Source: Mantamonas sphyraenae STR306
Lineage: Eukaryota > Protista > CRuMs
Reading direction: 5' to 3'
NCBI GenBank assembly: GCA_026936335.1
Contig: JAPMXV010000041.1
Span: 100,708-164,707 of the forward strand
Length of the DNA stretch: 64,000 nt
The position numbers and the translations under genes were made by a program. Positions 23,609 to 34,452 of this stretch are shown here, in pieces (positions within the stretch are counted from its first letter, which is position 1; each line of letters starts with the position of its first letter). Under the pieces are notes generated by a model, which worked only from the letters and a program-made list of their open reading frames with translations, was not told the origin of the DNA and did no database searches.

Positions 23609-25228
23609 ATGGGAAACAGTAGTGAGGACAAACAACGCCGTGGACACGCGGGCGATGATGAAGATGAGGATGCGGTGGAAGACGTTGATCTCCACGATGA
23701 TGATGATGATGATGATGTTGATCGTGTCATGAGGTTGGAACGCAGGCCACCAGAGGATCGACGTGGCATGGCGTATTGGGTGTTTGTGCTCCTGGGTGCG
23801 GGCTTCCTGTACCCGTGGAACATCTTCATCACGGCGGTGGACTTTTTCCAGTTTCGATACCCGCGGGTGGGGATTGAGTTTGCCTTTTCGTTGGCGTACA
23901 TGTTGCCTGTGTTTGTGTTTCTGGGTGTCATGGTGCGCTACGGCAACCGGTTTACATTCACCAAGCGCATCCTGCCTGGGTTTGTGTTGTGGTTTGGCAT
24001 CCTGCTGGTGGTGCCGTGGCTGAACAACGAGCCGAGCCTGTTGGCCTCTGGATTCGCCCTCACCTTTACTCTGATCTGCATGGTGCTCATTGGTGTGGGC
24101 GACGCCATTGTGCAATCCTCTTTGTATGGGATGGCCGGTCTGTTTCCGCCCATCTACTCGCAAGCCATCCAGGCGGGCAACGGCGTGGCTGGCACCAGCG
24201 TGGCTCTGCTGCGCATCGTCACCAAGGCCTCCATGCCGGCCAACGAACAGGGGCTCATCGAATCCACCTACCTCTACTTTTACCTGGGCGCCTTTGTGAT
24301 GATCCTCTGTGTTCTGGGCTACCTGTGGCTCATACGCATGCCGTTTGTGCAGTTTTACCTGCAGCGAGCGCAGGCAGGAGGAGACGACACAGCAGCGTCG
24401 GCGGCGTCGGGCGACACGTTGGCGCTGGAGGACATGACACATACACACAGCAGGCACACAGAGACAAGCGACGGGTACTTGGAGGGGGAAGGAGCAGGTG
24501 GGGTCGATGAGGACAGCGACCAGGTGGGCCTGGTGGCCACGGGAGGAGGGGATTCCATGGTGGGGCTTGCCAAGGCGGAGGAAAAGGAGGCAGCAGCTCG
24601 GTTGAGGATGGCAGACACGTTGAATTACAGACGCATCATACGAGCCATTGCAGTGGATGCTTGCACCGTGTTCTTTGTGTTTTTTGTCACCCTCATGCTG
24701 TTTCCGGGCATGGTGACGCTGGTGAAGAGCACCGACGAGAGCGTGGGTGATTGGTGGCCTGTCATCACCATTGTAGGTTGGGGACACAGGGGAGAAAGGG
24801 GGAATGGGGGAAGATGCATGTCAACACACATCTGACACAACACACACACACATGCACACATGCACACATGCACACAGGCATTGTTTGATGTCAGTGATCT
24901 TGTGGGCAAATCCCTGCCTGCACAGGAGTGGGCTCGTCGTCCAAGCAGACGTACGGTGGCATGGGTGGCATTGTTGCGAGTGGCATTCATTCCCGTGTTT
25001 GTGCCCATGGCCCTGGGGTACATGGTGAACGACGTGCTGTTTGTGCTGCTCATGCTTGTCTTTGGCCTCTCCAACGGCTACTGCACAAGTCGTGCCATGT
25101 CCAATGGTCCCCAGAACGTACGTGTTCACGAACGTGAGCTTGCTGGCATCATCATGTCCTTTGCCCTCGTCGGTGGGTTGACCTTTGGGGCAATTGCGGG
25201 CGCGGTGATCAACGCCTCGATGGTGTAG
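23609..25228 (+). CDS. Equilibrative nucleoside transporter (SLC29/ENT), one intron ~24773-24878
   Basis: LGAGFLYPWNIFITAVDFF, GNGVAG, VTLMLFPG, FGLSNGY. Confidence 0.9.
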
Positions 25229-25233
25229 AGTGT

Positions 25234-26271
25234 TCAAACATCCACCAACATACGATCCAAATCAGGGGCATCTGCCACCGACCACAGTTTGCCCTCGTTT
25301 GCAATGAGCAAGTGTGTGAGCTGTTGGTCGAAGCGAGCCTTGATGCGACCAAACTCCATCACCGTTTTGGGTGCCTCCTGTTGCCAGAGACGGTCAAACC
25401 GGCCCATACAATAGGCATAAATGGCATGCAATTGCTCCACAGTGCATCCATGGTGGATGAGATGCGGTCGCAGTTGTCCCGTGTGAAGCAACGTGTGAAC
25501 CGCAGCCGTAAAATTGATCCCTGTGATTGCCAGTGGGTACCATGACACTCCCGAACTGCCCTGATCACTGTTGCTGTGCTTCAACAGTGTGTGTGCCAAT
25601 CGTGGATACTCGATGGCCAGTGTGTGCAGCTGTTCCAACCCAAACACGCCCGTGCCCCGGAAATCCGTCGTCGGGTCGGACCCTTGGAACCCAATGTCTG
25701 GCCACTCCTGCATGTGTACAACAGAGAGGGTGGATTGTGTGTGTGTGTGTGTGTGCATTGGTGTGAGTGAGTGTGGGCGGGGGGGGGGGCTCAAAGGACT
25801 CACCTGACCAAGTCGCTCTTGGCGCGGGTTGGCCGGTTGCAGGGCCGTCCACAACTCCTCCAGCATGGCTTCGTGGTTGGGGTCGTCCCATGACACGGGG
25901 GTGGCCATTTGTGCTTGGACGTGTGCCACAAGGAGGGCGTGTTGGTGATGAAGGGTGAGAATGTCCGCCAGAACTTCGGTGGCCATTTGGCGTTCGTCGG
26001 GCTGGAGGTTTGCGGCGTGTGCAGATATGAAGGAGGCCACAGAGGTGTCGATGTCGACGAGAGGCACGTGTATGCGCATGGTGGAGTGGAGTGGATGTGC
26101 CGGAGGCAACAGTGGAGGCAGACGGAGGGCTTTGGTGGCTGTGGACAGGCGGGAATTGATCAGCAGCCGCACCGCAAGGTTTCGACCCGTGGTCACCGTC
26201 ACCGCCCAGTCGAGCAGGCGTAGGAACCATGCCAATAACCAAGAGCGCAAGGCAGCAAGGGAATCGAGCAT
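25234..26271 (-). CDS. ELMO/CED-12 domain protein (ELMOD), one intron ~25708-25803
   Basis: WPDIGFQGSDPTTDFRGTGVFGL, WYPLAITGIN, VMEF. Confidence 0.88.
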   Translation of the reverse strand: MLDSLAALRSWLLAWFLRLLDWAVTVTTGRNLAVRLLINSRLSTATKALRLPPLLPPAHPLHSTMRIHVPLVDIDTSVASFISAHAANLQPDERQMATEVLADILTLHHQHALLVAHVQAQMATPVSWDDPNHEAMLEELWTALQPANPRQERLGQVSPLSPPPRPHSLTPMHTHTHTQSTLSVVHMQEWPDIGFQGSDPTTDFRGTGVFGLEQLHTLAIEYPRLAHTLLKHSNSDQGSSGVSWYPLAITGINFTAAVHTLLHTGQLRPHLIHHGCTVEQLHAIYAYCMGRFDRLWQQEAPKTVMEFGRIKARFDQQLTHLLIANEGKLWSVADAPDLDRMLVDV

Positions 26272-26349
26272 GAGTGTGTGAGAGGGGGAGGGGGGGGGGA
26301 GGGGAAGGTGAGTGTTGTGGTGGCTGCGATGGGGGCGTCAACACATTCA

Positions 26350-27141
26350 ATGAGCAGTAACACCGAGGAGAAGAGAGAGGAGACGGAAGAGGAGCAAGTG
26401 GAGGAGGAGGAGCAGGAGAAGGAGCAGGAGGAGGTGGTAGTGGTGGATGCCGATGAGGCTTGGAGTCAGTTTGAACGCGGGTTCCGAGCTTTGTTGGACT
26501 GCTGGGCTGTGTTGAACCTTGCCATGGAGTTGAACTGGGGTGGCATGGACAAGGAGTTGGCAGAGGAGAACAAAGAGTACAATGTGGTGTACCTGTTGGA
26601 CATATTCAAGGACAGCGAGGGCAAAATCGGAGCCACAGAGGTGGAAGGGTGGCTGATCACCATCATGGCGGAGGATTACAACACCAGCGTGGAGGACGGA
26701 TCGGCACTCATCATTGCACAGGATGCGGTGGACATGTATGTGGCGTGTCACAAGCGTGGGGACTATACGGCGGTGGAAAAGGCTGTGGAACGAGCCGGAA
26801 GAGTGAATGTGCGCAGTTTGGTGCAGGAAAGCGTGGCAGACAAGGGCATGGGAGAGGAGGATGAAGACGACACAGAGAATGGGGACAGGGATGATGGACA
26901 GGATGATGTGCACCACCAGGGACAGAGTAGCAGTGGTGGTAGAGGTGGAGGTGATGGTAGTGGTGGTGAGGGGCAGGAGCACACTGTGGTGGTGAGTGTG
27001 GATGATGGGGACGAACAGGTGGATGGACAAGTGCAAGAGGGAAATGACACACAGTCGCAGTCCACACTGACGGAGGAGGAGATTGAGGAGGGGTGGGAGG
27101 AGGTGAAACCCAAAAAGCGAAAGGGGCGACGCAAACGGTGA
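26350..27141 (+). CDS. TSR2: Pre-rRNA processing protein TSR2 (WGG domain)
   Basis: WAVLNLAMELNWGG, YNTSVEDGS, C-terminal EGWEEVKPKKRKGR. Confidence 0.85.
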   Translation: MSSNTEEKREETEEEQVEEEEQEKEQEEVVVVDADEAWSQFERGFRALLDCWAVLNLAMELNWGGMDKELAEENKEYNVVYLLDIFKDSEGKIGATEVEGWLITIMAEDYNTSVEDGSALIIAQDAVDMYVACHKRGDYTAVEKAVERAGRVNVRSLVQESVADKGMGEEDEDDTENGDRDDGQDDVHHQGQSSSGGRGGGDGSGGEGQEHTVVVSVDDGDEQVDGQVQEGNDTQSQSTLTEEEIEEGWEEVKPKKRKGRRKR

Positions 27142-27280
27142 ATGAAACACTTGTTTGTTGGACGAGGATGCATTGTTTACGTACACTGTGGGAAAGGGCG
27201 GGAGGGGGGTTGGGGGGGGGGAGGCATGTGATGCTTTGCTGCTCAAAGCACGAAAACCGAGTTTGCGGGATTCGAGTGAT

Positions 27281-27556
27281 TCACAAAGCACTCTCCAGAT
27301 AGATCCCGGACTCGCTGTACATCATCATCTCATCAGTACGTCGTCGTGCACGTCGCCTGGCCATATGAGAGAAGAACACCATGATGGACATGACGAGGAG
27401 CATCACGGCGGCGCCAATGAATCCCGCGCCCATGATGAAGTCGTCCTGCATCAGATAGAAAATCCCCAACGCCAATCCTGCCAGAGCAGCACCCAACAGG
27501 AACAGGCACATGAGCATGATGGGTTGGATGAGAAACAAGATGATCCGTTTGAACAT
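27281..27556 (-). CDS. Small 2-TM membrane protein, paralog 1
   Basis: 91 aa; RIILFLIQP, two hydrophobic helices, Arg-rich tail. Confidence 0.6.
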   Translation of the reverse strand: MFKRIILFLIQPIMLMCLFLLGAALAGLALGIFYLMQDDFIMGAGFIGAAVMLLVMSIMVFFSHMARRRARRRTDEMMMYSESGIYLESAL

Positions 27557-27832
27557 GGCGACGGCTGGCTGGCTTTTGGGTTGGCGTGTGCATCGTCGCC
27601 GTGGCGATTGCGCATCGCATGCATGCATGCATGGGCCATTGGACATCCCTTATAGTGGATGATGTGGCATTTATCCATGGACTTTGGTGGAAGGGGGGGG
27701 GCGGGGGGGGAAGTGGGAGAGGGTGTGCAACCACGTGTGCCGTTGGAAATGATGGGGAATTGAACCCATGAGCGTGTGTGTATGTACTCATTCAGTTTAT
27801 GTGTGGGTGTGTGTGGCGATGGCACGGTGGGT

Positions 27833-28078
27833 TCAGGAAACACGTTGCAAAATCTCCGTTCTGCGTTGTCTTCGCCTGCGGCTGTAAATGTACCCACACA
27901 TGATGACGAGGATGCTGGCACCGCATATGATGAGCAGGATGCCAAGGCCAAAGTCGCTGGTGGCTGCGAGGTACGCTCCTCCGCCAAGGCAACCGAGCGC
28001 GGCGCCGAGTAGGACCAGCAGCACAATGACAACCGGACGGAGAAAGAACTGGATGAGACGTTGAAGGGCACTGGCCAT
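27833..28078 (-). CDS. Small 2-TM membrane protein, paralog 2
   Basis: 81 aa; LQRLIQFFLRP, same pattern. Confidence 0.6.
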   Translation of the reverse strand: MASALQRLIQFFLRPVVIVLLVLLGAALGCLGGGAYLAATSDFGLGILLIICGASILVIMCGYIYSRRRRQRRTEILQRVS

Positions 28079-28093
28079 TTGTACCACCACGTG

Positions 28094-28129
<36 letters not shown>

Positions 28130-28137
<8 letters not shown>

Positions 28138-29010
28138 GAGCGATGGGCACGCAAGCGCATCGTCTGGGACACACACAAGTGCATTGAATCCATCTCATTC
28201 TCATTCTCATCCTACCCTTTCTCCACAGTGTAAAGTGTGGCCAATCGCAATGCCATGCTGTGCTTGCCCACCTTGAGCTCGTCTTTCATTCCCACCAAAT
28301 TCCGTGTGTGGGTCACCTGGGTGCACACCACCACCTGCGTCCTTGCCGCAACGTGTCTCCAACCGCGTTGTACCTTGTGGCGACACCCATGCATGTGTGT
28401 GACCAGCAGGGAGGGTCGTTTCACGACACCGCGCAAGTGTTGTGGGTGGCCCTCTGTTCTGCTGCGATTCTCATCTCTCGTTCCTCACGTGCAAGACTGA
28501 TGCGGAAAAACAGATTCATCATTGCAAAGATGAGGAGGATGACACCGGCAATGATGGTGGGGACACCGACGACAAGATCATCGATAGCAGCAAAATAAAC
28601 ACCCACACCGATGCCAGCCAGCGAGACAGCCAGAAGCAACAGCACCATGAGCGTGGCTGGACGACACAGCATTTCAATCAGACGTGACAGTGGGTTTGCC
28701 ATGATTGTGTGTCGTGTGTGGGCGATGGGCACGCAAGCGCGGCACCCGTCTTTCCCTCGCTGGTTCTGCATTCACATCACCCGAACACAAGTGTATTCCT
28801 TCCTTCTCATTCTCATCCTACTCTTTCTCCACAGTGTAAAGTGTGCGTGGCCAATCCCGATGCCATGCGGTGCTTGCCCACCGTTGACCTCGTCTTTCAT
28901 TCCCACCAAATTCTGTGTGTGGGTCACCTGGGTGCACACCACCACCTGCGTCCTTGCCACACATGCCACAGCCACAACACACCCCCGGTCGCGCTGTACC
29001 TTGCGGCCAC
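28130..29010. repeat. Local duplication of intergenic DNA in the membrane-protein array (~28130-28390 vs ~28720-29010)
   Basis: Shared blocks such as ttctccacagtgtaaagtgtg and tctttcattcccaccaaatt..gggtcacctgggtgcacaccaccacctgcgtccttgcc. Confidence 0.85.
28421..28702 (-). CDS. Small 2-TM membrane protein, paralog 3
   Basis: 93 aa; MANPLSRLIEMLCRPATLMVLLLLA. Confidence 0.65.
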   Translation of the reverse strand: MANPLSRLIEMLCRPATLMVLLLLAVSLAGIGVGVYFAAIDDLVVGVPTIIAGVILLIFAMMNLFFRISLAREEREMRIAAEQRATHNTCAVS

Positions 29011-29059
29011 ACCCTCGCAAAGGCCTGCCCATCAGCAGGAGGCGGGTCTTCCCACTCTT

Positions 29060-29308
29060 CTACATCCCAACGACCATCATGTTCCTTTCGGCACGTGCAC
29101 GACGTATACGGAACATCATGAGTGCCAATACAAAGACAAGGAGGGTGACACCGGCAATGATGATGGTGACACCGACGACGAAATCACCGGTGGTAGAAAA
29201 GTACGCGCCAACACCGATGCCAGCCAGCGAGGCAGCCAGAAGCAACAGCACCATGAGCGTGGCTGGACGACAGAAGAATCGAATGAGACGTGACAGTGGG
29301 TTTGCCAT
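29060..29308 (-). CDS. Small 2-TM membrane protein, paralog 4
   Basis: 82 aa; MANPLSRLIRFFCRPATLMVLLLLA, closely similar to paralog 3. Confidence 0.65.
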   Translation of the reverse strand: MANPLSRLIRFFCRPATLMVLLLLAASLAGIGVGAYFSTTGDFVVGVTIIIAGVTLLVFVLALMMFRIRRARAERNMMVVGM

Positions 29309-29447
29309 GATTGTGTGGGTGCGGCGGCGGCGGGTGGAAGGTCTCCTCCTTCCGTCTGCGCGAGCCACCAGCACACAGGAGGACGAGTGATGACGGAGGG
29401 TATGGATGAGAAATGCAGTCATGGTATATTCCACAGACTGTGGTGTG

Positions 29448-29768
29448 TCACTTGACTTTGAGTGGATTGGCAGCAACCACGACGGCAGCTTGCCCTCCTT
29501 CTTCTTCGTCGTCGTCGTCGTCGTCGTCCACGGGTCCCTGGCGACGGATGTTGCAGAGAAAGACCATGGAAGCAATGGCACACAAGACCACACCACCAAA
29601 GATCATGCCCAGCGCAGCCACAAGGTCCACCAGGGCCAGTGCGTACCCACCCAACCCCAACCCCAGTGCCACCACAAACATGAACAGCACACACAGGTTC
29701 ATGGGACGCAGGAAGCATCGTCCAATGCGGTGTAGGCTTCCCTCATTGCTTCCTCTGTTTCCCGCCAT
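29448..29768 (-). CDS. Small 2-TM membrane protein, paralog 5
   Basis: 106 aa; LHRIGRCFLRP, two TM helices, acidic tail. Confidence 0.55.
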   Translation of the reverse strand: MAGNRGSNEGSLHRIGRCFLRPMNLCVLFMFVVALGLGLGGYALALVDLVAALGMIFGGVVLCAIASMVFLCNIRRQGPVDDDDDDDEEEGGQAAVVVAANPLKVK

Positions 29769-29833
29769 GTTGGCACCCCACGCGCTGCACAGACAACACA
29801 ACCAACACACCAACTTTCGCGTCCCTTCCGGCC

Positions 29834-32800
29834 ATGTCATCGTCGTCGTCGTCGTCGTCGAGAAGCAATGACACGTACACTGCCATGTTTGTGCCGATGA
29901 TGGACAAACTGTGTGGCAAGGGTACCGCCGACGAGTATGATCAGGGCGACGGCGCAGGCGAGGCCTTTGACGCCTTTTACAACGTTGCCAAACGCTTTGC
30001 CAAGGGCAATCTCGACGGAGGTAAGTCAACACAGGGCATCACAGGGCCACCCTACGCACATCCACATGCCCATCTACACCGGGTTCTATCCACCACCCTC
30101 GCGAGGACCCCTTGCTTTTTCTCACCGCGTCATTCCGTCCTATCCCTGGCCCCCCCACACAGGTGTAGCGGCCATGGCCAAGTGCACCGTGGCTGTTCTC
30201 AAGGTGCTTAGTGCACACGCATCTCCAGACCTGCTACGACGCAGCAACAGCAGCGAATACGTCGTCAAGTGCGTTGTTGGGTCGAGTTTTTTTTGCGTGA
30301 CTTTGGTTCTGAGTGTGCCAAACTCCACTTTCCTCCTCACACCCGTCCACCTCTCCCCCCCATCCCACCTACCCCTCATCTCTGCACATAGGAACATGAT
30401 GGAGTACCTGCGCAAGGTGCTCACCATCCTTACCACCAAGGAAAAGTTCACCCGGCTGCTCCTCGAAGCAGATGGGGCACCCCTGCAGGAGTTTTTGTCC
30501 ACCCTCACCCAGAATCTGGTGGAGATCTCCACCCGTGCTGCCTCCTCCGAGGCCACACGCATCGAATGCATGCAGAGCATCCGATCCATATGCAGTATGT
30601 GTGCTTTCCTCGTGTGTGCACACGTCCCACCCCAGACACCCACCTCCTCACCCCTCTCTTCCCCCCCCCCCCCCCAGCGCTGGGTCTCTCTTTGACACAG
30701 AACCATCAGGACAAGTATCCATCGTTCCCATACACCATCCCAGTGGGACCCTTCCTGCCAGCAGCTGTGGAGCCGAGCATGTCGCAGTGGCTGCGTGAAG
30801 AGACGCTGAAAACGCTGCAGGAGCTGGCCGCCATCTCGCCAGCAATGCACCATACGGTGGTTGCGTCACTGGCCACCTATGGAGCCGATTATTACGCCTT
30901 TGACGTGTTCTGGTCATTGGATGGTGCGTCGAACGAGGAGGCGGTGCAGATACTGCTGGACCGCACGCGCAAGGGCCTGCAAACGGAAAACGCCAGTGTG
31001 CCGCGTGAGGTGGCACAGAGCATGCACCAGGCCATCCGAAAGGGCGTGTTGGTGGTGAACCAACACGTGCAGCTGCTCACGGACGTGTTGCACGTGTGTG
31101 CGCAGATCCAGAGCGAGTACAAGACAGACAATCGGGACTACGAATACTCGCAGGAGGCGTTGGAACTGCTGGACGACTGCATTGCACAGGAGCCCAACGA
31201 GGCAGCGTTCCTGCGCATGGCCACCAACCCGTTGACGTTGGAATCGTTGGATGTGATTGTGGGCCAGAGCAGCGGGTACACGGAGGCCACCTGGAAGCAG
31301 GTGTTGTTGCCCTTTATCAACCAGCGTCTGGACATGATGCAACTCAGTGGCGTCAGTGGCGAACAGATGGAACAGCAGGTGATTGACCTGTTGCGAGAGG
31401 CCGCACGCATCTTTTACATCAACCAGGACCAAACCCCCAGCGTGGAGATGGGCGAGGCGTTGTACCTGGCGGTCTTGGAAGCCATGCGACACGGCTACGC
31501 AGAGACGGAACGCTTCTCCGAGCTGGCGGCCAAGATGATCACGTATCACATTGCGGAGAATGCTGCCACGTGGTTGCGGCATGCCGTCAACCCACGCGTG
31601 TGCCATCGACACATGGTCACACGTGCGGTGGGTGAGATTGTCTTTGCCCTCCTGGGTATGGAGAGCACAGCCACGTACAACGAAGTGCAACAGGTCAGCG
31701 AGGCACAGCAACACGCCGTCCTGCAGGTGGTGGCCACCATTGGCAACGTGCCAGGCTTTGCCCTCTTTGAAGAGATTGCCGTCATGTACGGTCCCTACCT
31801 GGCCAACCACGAGGACATTGTGGCTCTCAGCATCCAAACCATGGACGGGCTCGTCAACCATCTGCTGCAACAAACCCAGTGGACGGTGGAACAGGCCGCG
31901 TCTGTCAAGTGGATGAACGATCTCGTGCGCGCCCTAGCCATCCGCCTGACGCCTGCCAACGCCCCTGCCCTCTTTGAACTGGCCCTCAAGACCATGAGCA
32001 TGCTTCCGTTGGGACACAGCACCGCGTACGGCGACGAAACCCTGACTGTGATTATTCGCAAGGTGCCCCACGGCGTGCCTCTGTCCATGGGGGCCGTCCA
32101 CACCGCCCTGCGCACCTGTGGCGAAGAGACACGGTATGCACTGACCGAGTTTGTGCCCCACCTCTGCCTGCAAGACCCCTCGCCTGCGGTGCGTGCCCAA
32201 GCCATGCGTGTGTTGATCACCCGTCCCGAACTGTTGCCCTCGTACGCCGATCACATTGTCAAGGCTTGCACGCCGGGCGAACGCACCGAAACCAACGGCG
32301 ATCTGTACCTGCACGAAAACGAAATGGCCCTTGCCAGCGCCCCGCTGCTGGGCCTGCTGGCCGTGATCCATCCGCCGGCCATTGGCACGTGTGTGCACAT
32401 GCTGCTGGAGGCGGCGCGCATCTCGGCCCTGAACGATCCGGAGAACAAGCCGGCCAAGGAGGTGACGGATGGTCTTGCGCGTGTGGCTCGCGAAGCAAAC
32501 TCGGCCAGTCTGATCGAGTGGTTGGGACAGAAGAAGGGCGGTGGGATGGGACTGCTGCCCACGCTGGTGGAGATGTCCGAGGCCTGGGCCGTGTTTGCCA
32601 ACACGTTGCAGGAACAGGAGGTGCTCACACACTCCATGCTCACGGGCTACAGCCTGGTGGGCGGTGCCAAACAGGCGCGCAAGTACCAAGCCGACCAGAC
32701 CAAGGAGCTTCTGGAACGCATGCAGAGCTACTTTGAGCAGGACAACCTGTTGGATTCCTTGCGATGTTGTCATCATCTGCGCACCCGCGACCAGGAGGTG

Positions 32801-33290
32801 TTTCTGGCACAGGCGTACGGTTTCCTCACGGAGCAACTCATGCCGGAGATTGCACGCAGGCTGCTGCCCACACCCATGAAGGACAGCCTGGGTGCATTGG
32901 TGTTCCACGACGACGACCTGGACAACTACGACCAGACGATGCGTGTGTTGAAGGAGCTGCAATCGCTGTTTCCAACAGAGGCGGAACAGGTGCTGCAGGT
33001 GGGCCAGCGCATCAGCGATCTCAACCAGGGCATGGTCCTCCAACGCTACCTCAGCATTGGCAACATCACAGGCGCACGCAAGTTTCTACGTGAGGCCGAA
33101 CACGACCCTCGCCTGGCCATGCTCGTCGACAACGCCACCGAACTCAAGCCCAGGGTGGCCAAAATGGAGAATGCCAACCAGAGGGAGGAGTATGCCCCAC
33201 GCACAAGCTCGTCAGACACCTCTGCATCGGCCTCGGGTGTCGGCATGCCTTCCTCAACCACCCCACTCCTCACTGTGCCCGATTATGGTG

Positions 33291-33324
<34 letters not shown>

Positions 33325-33733
33325 GAGCAACAACACGGACGCATTTGACGACGGCTTTGACCCCTGGGCTGCCATCCAGAACCTGAATGTGGAGCAGATG
33401 TCTCCCAAGGATTCGCAGCCGCGCCTGGTGAACCAAGCCCAAGGCCTCGACGATGGCGAGCAGCAGACGACGAGCTCCAAGCTGCAGACCAAGAGGGCCA
33501 AGGCATCCAACAGCAACGATGGCAATCTTGTGGAGATGACCTCGTTCAACAGCGAGGACACAGAAGATGCCCTCGAGGAGGACGACATTGTGCTGTGGGG
33601 CGTCCTCGCAGACGAAGACGGCAGCGGCAGCGCAGCGAGCTCCCGCAACCCGTTCAGCAGCAAGCGAGCGCCCAAGAAGAAGGGCAAGAAGGGAAAGAAG
33701 TATTCCTCCAGCGACAAGCTGCTGGCTGCGTAG
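29834..33733 (+). CDS. Large alpha-helical (ARM/HEAT-like) protein of unknown function, several 5' introns
   Basis: ~1000 aa main exon with host-like codon usage; short upstream exons with GT..AG introns; no family recognised. Confidence 0.65.
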
Positions 33734-33885
33734 ATATCCAATGCGGTAGAGAGGAGAGTCTTCTGGAACCAGTAAATTTTGATTCATGTTCAAATCTCGG
33801 CGTGTCGTCTTGGCGTGGATTTTCGTGTGAATCAAAATTTCCCGGTTTACATTCAACCTTGCCTGTGCGTTCCTTTACACACTCC

Positions 33886-34419
33886 TCACAACTTGAGCAC
33901 CAGGTCGCCGTCTGCAAGCATGACCTTGTTTTCGTCTGCCATGCGCTGCAGCAGGCGGCGCGCGACCGCCTCGGAGAACACAGGCATGGAACGGCGACGT
34001 GTGCGGTTGACCTCTTCGACGAGGGCAGGCACACCGATGGAGTCTGTGCGCAGAGAGGTAAACGCACGCGATGCCAGCTTGCTAAACTCGGCGTAGCGTG
34101 CGTTGGCCTCTTCGTCGCCAGCGTTCCTCTGCTGCGAGCTGCTGCGTCCGCGGATTCCTCGCCCCCTGCTTGTGCTCACCTCTGTCTGCATGTCGTCACC
34201 ATCGTCATCGTCATCATCATCGTCGTCGTCATCGTCCTCCTCTGTTTGCACGGTCTTGCGCATGGGATTGGCCACGCCACGGCGTCGAGGCTGCGAGTTG
34301 TCTTGGTCGTCGTCATCGTCGTCGTCGTCGTCGTCGTCATCGTAGCCACTGCCTTGCGCATTGCCTCCCAGGTCATACACATCGTCGCCATCCCCACCAA
34401 GGGCCTGGCGTCCAATTCG

Positions 34420-34452
<33 letters not shown>

